Assembly (NCBI GenBank): GCA_040954595.2
Contig: CM082587.2
Coordinates: 8,933,403-8,997,402 of the forward strand
Origin: Balanoglossus misakiensis
Lineage: Eukaryota > Animalia > Hemichordata
DNA length: 64,000 bases
Reading direction: 5' to 3'
Both the position numbers and the translations under genes were made by a program. Below the pieces are notes generated by a model. The model was not told the DNA's origin. It was given only the letters and a program-made list of their open reading frames with translations, and did not search any database. Shown piece after piece: positions 27,801 through 39,036 of the stretch; position 1 is the stretch's first letter, and each line of letters opens with the position of its first letter.

Positions 27801-29659
27801 TGCTTAAGTCCCGGGGTGTATCATTCTAGTCAGTCAGTACAGTAGAATGTAGTATATGATTGATGTTTTTGTTAATGGCAATACCCAGGTAAATGTCATC
27901 ACTGCGTCTCACGTATGTCATGCCACAGGCTTGTGTTTTAATGGTAGAATGTGCGTGGGCTACAGTTTCATAGTTTTGTCTGGTGTGACACTCCCTATAA
28001 CTCTTCAAAGTTGATGAATGTAAACACGAGCGGCCGGGATCGAGTATTAAACATGAAGCAGATGACAAAAAGTGACAAGACAGCCATTGCGCATGACAAA
28101 GTCCCAAAAATTCCCACAGAGCGGTTCAAAAATTAAATGTCCGTACATACATGTACAACAATATCTCTATTATATTTATTTGGCTTAACCCCAAATTTTT
28201 CCCTGTTGCATGCTAGTTCAGGGGCCACTATTAGCAGTGCATTATTGAGTATTATATTATACCAGTATATTGATGGTGTAAATCACGCTATTTGATTGGT
28301 CGAGACACGACACGTGACCGTGATATATTAGCCATATACCACAGTCATATATCATAGTCAAAGAAAATGCCTTTTTAAAATGTTTTATGCAAAGTTTCAA
28401 TATACTGGCATAATATAATAGCAATAAAACACCCCCAGCCATGGTATATCACTCGATTTTGACCAGTTCAACTCCATATACGCACTCGCTATCGCTCGTG
28501 CGTATATGTCGTGAACTGGTCAAAATCTCGTGGTATACCATGGCTGGGGGTGTTTTATTGCTTAATTTTAGCAGCGCTGGATCGAGCTCTCATCCAATCA
28601 GAATGGCGGATGGTAGCATGATATAATATAATATGCTTTTGCAATCATTTTAAAACATTACGTGAATACTATACAGAGTTATTCACAAAATGCAGCCATG
28701 AATCATTGACAAGGGCTGAGCGGTGTGTGTGATCTAATGGACAAGCTGTAGCGTAATTATCACACACTATCATACCTTTATGTTCATTTCACTTCATTTT
28801 GGGGAACATTTGAAGAGTGGCGAGCTACAGGCTATGAATCAAAAGCAGACATAAAAATTGAATAAAATTGTTACAAAATTTGGCAAATGGATTTGCCAAG
28901 TTTCAGTCACTTTAGTACCCAGGGACATACACATGAATCTAACTGCCATATTGAGGTTGTATACAATGAAAACCAGAAATGCATAAAGGTGTAGAATACT
29001 CCAGCTTTGCATGTGATTAAATCTATATGCTGTTAAAATACAATCTATAAAATTGATAAGGATATTTTAATACTCACCAAGATCTCTAGCTGTTTTCTTG
29101 AGTTTTTCATTAGATCTACTGATAAGAATGATGTTAACTCCTTTGCTTGCTAACTCCTGAGCATAAGCTTTTCCTATTCCATCAGTTGAACCAGTAACCA
29201 CTACAGTGAACAAAAAAGTACTAGACAAGTTATTTTCAATGACATTTAGTCCCCACTTGAACATGAGAAGAAAGCACTGAAAGACATTCGTGTTCAATAT
29301 GTAGTATGCACCGTGTAGGACCCACTGTACATGGTGTTGCTGCAATTTTGTAGCCCCGCGACTATACCCCGCCTATACCCGTCAAAAACAAAAATCGTCA
29401 AGGCTATATTCGCGGGGCTACAAAACTGCAACAATACATGGTGTACGTACCTACCTGCCCAAGGTCCAAAACAAGCAACAAGATCCCGTCGTACTCTTGA
29501 GGAAAGATGGAACCTGACTGTATCACATAGATGAACCGCAGTATTCACAGCTTTCTTGGCGACATAAAATGCTCCAAAAAATGCCAAAAAGTCATTGTAA
29601 GTTGTCACTGTTTTAGTGATTTCCCCCAGCAGAAAGTCGAACCTGTCTACCACTGCCAT
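24822..29659 (-). CDS. HSDL1: Hydroxysteroid dehydrogenase-like 1 (SDR, 17beta-HSD3/12 group), 7 coding exons, ~354 aa
   Basis: Exons 29659-29455, 29200-29078, 27638-27528, 27067-26967, 26684-26568, 25521-25300, 25007-24822 (1065 nt). N-terminus [11 protein letters not shown], cofactor motif [46 protein letters not shown] and PEWLWMWG all match HSDL1 as I recall it. Confidence 0.92.
28256..28627. mobile_element. Non-autonomous element with a strong internal hairpin (28421-28561); its terminal segment recurs inverted at ~43065-43110
   Basis: GCAATAAAACACCCCCAGCCATGGTATA ... TATACCATGGCTGGGGGTGTTTTATTGC. 28585-28627 is a close reverse-complement match to ~43065-43107. Confidence 0.7.
29337..29434. 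mobile_element. 98-bp MITE with a 9-bp TSD (TACATGGTG), in HSDL1 intron 1
   Basis: TTGCTGCAATTTTGTAGCCCCGCGA ... TCGCGGGGCTACAAAACTGCAACAA. TSD at 29328-29336 and 29435-29443. Confidence 0.8.
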
Positions 29660-31039
29660 TTTCCTTTGACCTCAGGTGACCTGGCTTTGACCCAGCTTTG
29701 ACCTAACTTATACGCGCAGGGCATTCCGCGTTGAGGGCGCCCACAAGTTACATTCATCTATCTCATAAGCAGATAAGAAAATACGTCGCCGTACTCTATA
29801 TTTGGTGGTAGCAATCCTTCACGTCCAGATATATGTCCATGCGAAGAGACTGTGTGAACTCAATTTCAGACGAATATACAAACCAAGTCTGCAAGAAGCA
29901 GTCGAGTCGCATCGATGACTTAGGAGTTGCTAGCATTTGCCCAGCCATGGGCCTAGATGTGAATTAACCCAGGCCTGGCATAACCAACATTCTCATAACA
30001 TTTGTGCATTTTGCGATAAAAGTTTAACAAGTAAAGCTCAGTTGCATGGTTACGTTTATTATTCGTTATCTTTTCTATATTTATTCGTTTCCCCGTGAAT
30101 TCCAGATTTAGTCAACTCAGGGGGAAAAACGGCGTCTAGTTTCTAAACCTTATAAACTGATCTGACCAGATTACTTGTTGAATTTAGTGCAACATCTAGC
30201 TTTTCTATTTTATCTTCATCAAATGATTCATGCAAATAAAGAATCACTTCCCTATGAAATGGCGACAGAAAGCCAGTATCAGGACAGTCGACAGTTGTTA
30301 AAGTTACTATAGAAACTAACTATGCCTACTAGGTTGCATTATACATAGGTAGATGTTAGAAATCAATATCAAAATCGGTTTCGAACTATTCATCCAATAC
30401 TTGTCATCGGAAAGCGTGTTTGCTAAGTCTCTTGAAGTACTTTGTCTTGCACAAGATATCGATAATTTTAATCCCATCATGATGATAGTCAGCAGTTATC
30501 ATTGGAACCCCAAAAATTCTGAGAATAAAATGATATAGTCAAAATAAGCTTCTAAACACCACAAGTCTTCAGGGTCACAATTTGTTTTGCAAAGAGTAAG
30601 ATTTTGCTTAATCCATGCTATTAAATGGAATGAAGCTTTTCTGTAATGTCTCTTGCAGTTAGATCTTTACACATTGAGATATTAGAATGAAAGTACATCC
30701 CAAGTGACTTGTTGGGAGCATCGGGCCACCTAATCCCAGAAAATTGCAATCAGATCTGCTTTTCCATTTACCAATCTAAGCCCAACTATTTGTGTATTAT
30801 TTAGTTGGGTTGGGTTATTTATTTAGTTATTTCTACATATTTTTGACAATATTAATACATGATGAACACTATTCTCGACAAATAAAATAATGGTGTGTTT
30901 GGAATCATAGACACCATTTATCTTTTGGTCAACTCTGATAACAGTCGTCAAAATTGCTATGACAATCAACAAATGAAGTGCTGACAGGGGAGAGCCATGT
31001 CAGATCCCATTGGATGGAGGCGGAAGAGAAGATTCATCA

Positions 31040-31632
31040 CCTGTGCCCCCACTCTGACAACCTTTCTGGTACGACCGAGGTTTACTTGTGACCACTGTCC
31101 GACCGCGTTAGTTCTTGAACACCAAGCTTGAAGAAGTCCATCTTGATAAAAATTTAGTCTACCTTGGTAAGGCATGAATTTTGCATCGAAAAAGCTACTG
31201 GCTGTCATCTTTGAATTTGGAATGCACCACTCTCTACACCGGCGGCAGTGTACTTTACACACTGGATAGAAAACAAGACCTCAGGTTTAACTCGAGATGT
31301 GGGTTCGAGTCAAACATCTATATCAGACGAGACCTCGATCCGGTCGTGGTCAAGCAGACAATCAACTTGAAGGCATATAGGCCTAGATCAATCTGGTCTC
31401 CTATTTCGGTATCGACAGTAATTACTCTCTGGAAAAATATCATTCGGACATTTCATTTCCCACCCACTTGTCTTGGCAAGCAAACAGTTGCGTTGGTAGG
31501 CTAATTAACCAAGGCTCGCGGGAGTTGGCAAAAAGAGGAAAATCAGGTGTTCCATCTTCCAACTTCCAACTTCCATCCTTTTCAATGTCAGTAGCTCTAA
31601 TCCACAGATTTCTGTTAAATAGCATGTACCCT
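31040..31632 (-). pseudogene. Degenerate C-type lectin domain fragment followed by an F5/8 type C (discoidin) domain fragment
   Basis: 31630-31440 reads LWIRATDIEKDGSWKLEDGTP...EPW (CTLD WIG..D...EG.W.W.DG-like) and ends in a premature stop. 31260-31040 reads AGVESG/[frameshift]/IPNSKMTASSFFDAKFMPYQGRLN...AWCSRTNAVGQWSQVNLGRTRKVVRVGAQ (F5/8 pattern). A 1-nt frameshift lies near 31225. Confidence 0.65.
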
Positions 31633-31707
31633 GAAAAGTTAGAAATCGATTTACTAAAAGACGGTGACTGGCGAACACGGATAAGGGTACACAGGCGTGG
31701 TGGTAAA

Positions 31708-31889
<182 letters not shown>

Positions 31890-33348
31890 ACAAAACAAAC
31901 AAAGAAACAAACAAACAAAGCTACATTTTTCTCGTCAAATGTATGTAATGTTTTGTGCTACATTGCTGTGGTAACCCCAACGACCAATTGTGGTTTAAAA
32001 TTACCGGACTGTCATTTACAAACTGAACACGAGGCCCTCTAGGCCCTCAGGTCACATTTGCATTATTGTACCCTAATACCAGCGCTGCCTACTCGACGGA
32101 CTGGTTGAGGTAAGCCAGGTAGAAATTGAATGATGGATTGCTACCGTTTTATGAACAAATGCAGAGGGACGTTTACTTTCGAGAAACTGGTATAGCAACC
32201 ATTGTCCCTGTATAGTAGTACTACAATTTGCAATCTTATTTTACCGCATTCATAGTGATTTCTGCTATACCCATGCACCAATCACAGAAATCATGGCCGA
32301 GTGATTGTGTTGGGGTCAAAGGCTGACTATTGAGATGCGTAAACGGTAGAAATGTATCAAGGCTGAAACGGGAAGACAAGAGTCGGGATTTATTTATAAA
32401 TGCCGATATTTTGTCGAGTAGAAAAATGTTGGGCTGCAATCAAATAGACCTCTCTGGGGGAGAGGGCGGATTTTTTTTTTTTTTTTGGGGGGGGGACTCG
32501 AAAATTCTGACTCCATGGGACACCTGTAAGATATTTTAAAACGCTCAGCACAATAGGTGTAGCCTACACACTCGACATATCATTTTGTTTTGTCTTGGTC
32601 AAACAATGAAACGAATACTAAAATCGTTCTATACGCCTTTTATCGGTATGCAATTATCCCAAAATACATGTAGTTCCAATCGTGTTAGTCATATCTGTAA
32701 TACATAAACAAACCAAAGTTCGATTCAGGTGACTCGGCTCGGCTGATTTCCTCATGTTACATGAGACTACTTAGTGACTGACCGAACTACATTTAGGTCA
32801 ATACATGTACTAGTATATGGAGTGCACCTCAGACTTAAATGTTATGATATTTTTATCCAGCACACTTACTGGTGCAGTGCAACCTCTGATTTTATAACAA
32901 TAACATTTTTTGTGCTTGTGTATACGTATATGTGAATTCAATATCTTCAAACTACAGCGGAAGTTTTTTTTCTGGCAAGGAGCGAGCTGTACTGGTCAAG
33001 CCAAAGGTCGCGCATTGACACATGTTGGTTTGTGGCATTCCGAGACTGATTGTGGGAAACACGGATACGCGTCGGGGGGGGGGGGGGGGAGATTTACTCA
33101 TGACCTGAATTGTATGTAAGTCAATCATGACTGGACTCTTGAATAACATGAGAGCCATTGCTGGGATGTCGTGTAATTAAAGTACCAAGAAGATTAATAA
33201 GTATCGAAGCTTTTTAACAGGTACTTGTACAAGGAAATTTTACCATAAAAGTTGAGTTTCTGTTTTTGTTTTATTGCAGAATGGTACGAAGTGAAGGGTT
33301 TTCTTCACCATACGGGCACAGTGCCAAGACTGTTATATTTATCTAAGA

Positions 33349-35712
33349 ATGACGAATACGCGGAGTTTTGTTTGCATCCTGATATTATGTTTCCTGTCAG
33401 TAGTAATTCTACGAGTGTGGATAGGTATGTATGTGATATGTAGACATTGCAGCAGTCGACGTACGATCGATCAGAATTCATTGCAGCTGTAGCCTCTCTT
33501 TTTCAATTTGAAATAAAACGCGACTTCTTAGGCTACCAGTAGGCCCACAAATTCAAGGTTTCTGAACAGAGAGAACAGAACACATTTAGTAAAATCGAGT
33601 CGGATAAAGGTCTATATGAATGGTAACAGAAATCTTGTAAGAATTTTAAGAAGTTAGATTATACATTGAACATATATTTGCCAATGAAATACCACAAACG
33701 CGGCATGGATGGCTAATGCTTCATAGGGCTTGGTGTATACACCAGCTGTTATACAATGCACTACATGGGCGAAGGTCACCTAGTCGATGCTTCCAGGCCA
33801 CGTCTTGTGAGAGAAATGTTTTGCATGACCTGAATATTACAATTAGGCCAAAATAAAAAAATATGTGCTGTTTCGATTACCCGATCTACCCTAACTTTAA
33901 CCCGCCAACCCTAAACTTTTTAGAGCTTCCTAAACTGGAAGTGGAAAAAACAATGTCAAATATACAAAATGTACGAAAATTGCTAGAATCTTGCAAGAAC
34001 TATGACGTCATTCTTCTACACTACGGCGGCCAAATATGTAAACAAAATTGCAAAATAAAAAAAAATTCCCTACCTACCTACCCTATTTTTGAAAACCATG
34101 TAATCGGAACAGCACATATTTTTTGGCCTTATGATGTAATCTGCTTGTAGGTATTCAATCACCAAAAGTTCACACACATACACATGAAGAACGCCGGGTT
34201 TATCTATCAAAGTTTCTCCTTTGGCAATAATTGTTTTTGCTTGGCCAAGTAGAATTTGCCTAATGTTTATACGTCAGCAGCGGAAATACTTTTCCTGTCG
34301 AACTTGCTGAATATTCTCTCCTTATACATGGCTTACTCTGTATGAAGAGAGACCTTTCAGTTTCTTGTCGATAAATCGCTTAGTTGCACATGTATTAAAA
34401 TTATGTAAGTGGTTAAATTTATGTGTATAACTACCAAACTAAATTCTTGTACCAAACTAAAGTCTCATACCGACCAAATAAATAGTATACATTGTACTCG
34501 AGTTCTTAATATCTCGTATTTTATTTTCAGGCTTTTCCAAGCAACGGCAATCAAACACAATCTTGAAATATGCGACAAAAGTTAATTTGAAATATGCTCC
34601 GGTAAGGATCAACACTAAGGTTACTCCACATGTTGGCAATAATTCTCTGCCCTTTCCTTTAGTAAACAATGTCAGACAGATTTCCTTCAAACATGCTACA
34701 AGAACAATGTAGTACAAGTCACCTTTCAAGGTATCAACCCTTTTGCAGACATGCCTTGACTTCATACCATGATTTCCTCCAATCAGCGTGAAACCAGCGG
34801 GGAATATGTCATCGACAATGATGTGTTGGTCGTATGTCTGGCATGCACACAGTTTTTGCGACGTGTTTATTGAACACAAACAGATCCCAGTAAAACACGT
34901 TTCTTTTACAGGCCACCTTTCCAACGCACCGTTCTCTCTTGAGCGAGATCTTTAATCAAAGAAGACATAATGTGGAACTCGGTTGCAAACATTTAATGAA
35001 CGAGGAGAACACGCGACCAAATGTAACCCTGCAAGATAAACACCTGATAGTTGACGACAAACATAAAATAATGTTCTGCATTATTGCCAAGGTCGGCACA
35101 ACCCAGTGGAGATATACGTTTTTGAAACTTGCCGGAACTTTGCGCCCGGACAAAGGAGTACATTCTCAACCTCTCAAAATGGCCCAAAGGTATATCCCGA
35201 AATACAAAAACTACACCAAGATCATGTTTGTACGACATCCATTTGAGCGGCTGCTGTCCGCTTTCCTTGATAAATTTATAGAAAAACCCCAATATAGCTT
35301 CCTGAAGGCGTATGGTAAGGAAATACGGCACGTCCCAAACCAAAATGGATCAGTAGATGATAGTTTAACCTTCGAAAAATTTGTGACCTTTTTGCTGAAA
35401 AGAAACCCCAGCAACATCCACTGGAAACCATATTCCAAAGCATGTGATCCTTGCAAAATAAGGTATGATTATATCGGAAAATTTGATAGTCTTTATGCTG
35501 ATGCGCAATACATTTTCAATGCAACAAATGTAACCGTCGAGATTAATGCAAAAGGTACTAGCCACGCGACAAATAGTTCCACCAAGATCAGAAGTTTCTA
35601 CAGGCAACTGAGCAAGAAGCAGGTTCTTGGACTATATGAGATGTATTACGAGGACTTTATATTGTTTGGGTATCCATATCCACGTTTTTATCTGGACTTA
35701 GCTGTAAACTGA
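33349..35712 (+). CDS. Golgi carbohydrate sulfotransferase (Sulfotransfer_2, CHST8-14/CHST11-like), 3 coding exons, ~315 aa
   Basis: Exons 33349-33424 (MTNTRSFVCILILCFLSVVILRVWI, type II signal anchor), 34531-34601 and 34912-35712 (948 nt, phases consistent). 5'-PSB-like motif IAKVGTTQW, 3'-PB motif FVRHPFERLLSAF, HWKP...CDPC..RYDYIGK, and Y..DF.LFGY. Confidence 0.88.
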
Positions 35713-36054
35713 ACACTTCGAGTTGTGTAAATGATATTTGTGGTGGGATTTTCGCACTTCCTCTTCTCATGGCATCTGGGTTTTTTTCCTTCGTGGGTAA
35801 CTGTTATGTATTTTTCTTGGAACGTCTAGCTACGTTGTATGTCTGTGACTAATACTTCTCTGTAATTATGGAATTTCAGCGAATTCGGACCGAATAAACT
35901 ATTTAATTTCCAAGGCGTACACGGTTAGTTGGGCCAGTGTAGAAAAATAAAATAACGCTGGCCATAGCAACGGTCATATATGCTGAACTGAAAGTGTCAT
36001 CCAGTGAAAGCGAACTTGGGTCAACAGGTCAATGGGGCACACCATAAACGTCGA

Positions 36055-36482
<428 letters not shown>

Positions 36483-37739
36483 GTGGGTGAGTCCTGGCGT
36501 CGTGTCATATAAGGGGTGGTACCTAGACAAGAGGTTAAGCTGTAACTCGGGCTCTGTTTACCCTTTGAACGATTTGATTCCACGCATTACAGTCGTACGC
36601 ACGCGCGATCATTTCCTTTTAAGTTTAATGTTCAAACGGCGTCGTCGAGGTTGAGTATTGGGCGTCTTCTGAACCCCATTTCTCGATTATACTCACTGTT
36701 CATACGAGCTACTATGATTTACACTAACGATGCTGTCTGTCAAGTTCGAGTTGGCCCTTAAGACATAGGTATGTTTTTTTTTCTTGGCATATGCATAGCA
36801 TGATGTGCGCTGAAGCACTATGGACTGGATTTTCTGTCGAGCACCACCCCAATTAACACAATCCACGATATAAGCCCTAAATACGAAACAAACTCAAGCT
36901 GTCTACACGGAAATCGATATTGCATTGGGCATTTACTCTACCAAACTGGTCAGAATGTTACAATGATATACCTTGTTGGATGCAGAATTTCATCTCCTTC
37001 AAAAATTCTCAGGTTCGGGATTCGATTGGTTCTACGGTTTTGCAGAAATCTACCATAATTCGGGACAAAATGGTACGAAACGAAACTGCAATATGGGCTA
37101 AATACAACGATTCTATTAACATAATTTATGCCTACTTTACAGAAGTTGTCGACAGACTAAGAGATTAACTTCTGCGTTCAGAGATAAATACGACGACCGT
37201 CGATTGAACCTAAACTTATAAATGAGTGACGTTCTTATAGAAAATAGGTTTAGTTAAGATCAACTGAAGATGATTAGCCGAAGCGTATGCCACGTAGCAA
37301 CTGCAAAACGTAGTAGCTCGGTCGTTGTGACGTCACACGTACGCCCATGGTTAGACCGACAATATATGCCGTGCCTTCCAGATCAGCCAGCTCTCAAAAC
37401 ATAAGCAGAAATGTCGTTCAACCAAGGAGTGGCCTCTTCTTGCGGAATTTGCCTAAAAGACGACACGATATTTTGAAAATGATATGTAATCAATTTCGGC
37501 TCAGCAATGTGATATTTGTAATAATTTACCCGTACAAGTGACAACATGAGTACACAATTAGGTCACTGACATTCCGACCTATAAACCTTTGAAATTCAAG
37601 CCATACCAGTCTATATTTACGTTTCTCGCATTTCAAATTGTGATCATTACTTGCTTAATTCCTTATCACGTTTTTTTCAATTAAACACAACTGAAAATGG
37701 GATAATAAGATCTTAAACATGTTCATGTGTTCACAGAAA

Positions 37740-39036
37740 ATGGCGGCGTTACTGGTAGCAAATGAATGGATATCAAACAACGCGATTTCCCCAGTCCCTT
37801 ACGTGAATCGACAACTGGCCATTGAGATTGCAAAGAAGACTGGATTACAAGTGCATTCGACAGTTATCGATCCCAATGTGTCTGAAGAAATAGACACGGA
37901 TGCCAGACAGTCCAACGTGACATTGATCAGACCCCACTTGACAAAAGAAATGAAAAGGCTGGATGAAAAGCCATCACGAAAATGGTTAATTCTGCATAAA
38001 GCTTATTATCCCAAAATCCAACGTTTGGAGCAACGTACCCCAGTACGCTTGGTGATTGGCCACGCGGCATGCGGGGAAGGCAACACAGCCGATGCTGCTT
38101 GCAGCATAGTTAAGCGTGTCTGTAAAGATGCTCATTTATGGATAATCATCCACATCATACCAGAACGTCTAATCTACCAGCCAAAGGAGTTTAGGCATTC
38201 CAGCGGATTACGAGAAGAGAAAGAAAAGGAAATAATGGAATATGCTGAAATGTCTGAGGTTATGGCTGCAGTTGGACAAACTGTATTTCGTCATTTCAAT
38301 AACCAATTTCGAAGTTTGGCTAGACGTGATGATCTCGTCTTCAAATGTTGTTTGCCATATCCGGATGATAAATTCTTGAGACTCTCCTTTAGGAAAGCAG
38401 AGATCCCGGTAAATGAACACTTGGAAATTCTCATGGTAGGAAACGCGGGCATTGAAAGTCCAGAGCAGTTGGGCCGGTTTGACAGTTTACTAGACGCAAT
38501 TTATGAAGCATCCAGCGGTCTTCAGTTTCCAAAGTTGAAGGTTCATCTTGAGAGCATCCCCGAAGAAGAATCAAAGTCATGTCTTATCAAAAAAATTGCC
38601 AAAAAATCGGGCCCTTCTAGTCTCAACATCGTTACCAGTTGCAATACCAAGACAGAAGCTATAGTGACTGCTGTGCAACAGTGTGCCGTGGTAGTTGACC
38701 AGGACTTGGAAAGTACCTTTTCCATCATTGGTTTAAACGCTCTTGCAGCAGGCTCGCCTTGCCTGGTCAGCAACCACTGCGGTTTGGCAGAGTTTGTCAA
38801 TCAGGATGAGACTCTCAGGCCTTATGCGGATGCAATCACGATTAACATCGGGACAGGTTATAACCGTGAATCTATGGTTGAAAAGTGGTCATGTTCACTA
38901 AAGAGGGTGCTTCATAACAACGAGAAAGAGTCTAGGAGAGCAGAGAAATTGCGTGACTTAATCCGAACTTCGGCGAGCGAGGGTCAAATTGCCAAGGCGA
39001 TGCAGATACTAATAGAACAGTGTCCTCGCGAAGAAG
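37740..39036 (+). other. Glycosyltransferase (GT-B, Glycos_transf_1/GT4-like) domain encoded by one large exon
   Basis: LLVANEW...VNRQLA, VIGH, H.IPE, A..SEVMAAVG, ILMVGN and LNALAAGSPCLVSNHCGLAE follow the pattern of invertebrate GT4-like domains. The E-x7-E motif is degenerate. Confidence 0.7.

Noticed and set aside
34457-35607. Minus-strand ORFs over the sulfotransferase (and over the GT exon; plus-strand ORFs over the O-FucT exon)
   Set aside because: Antisense shadows of real coding exons with no recognisable motifs.
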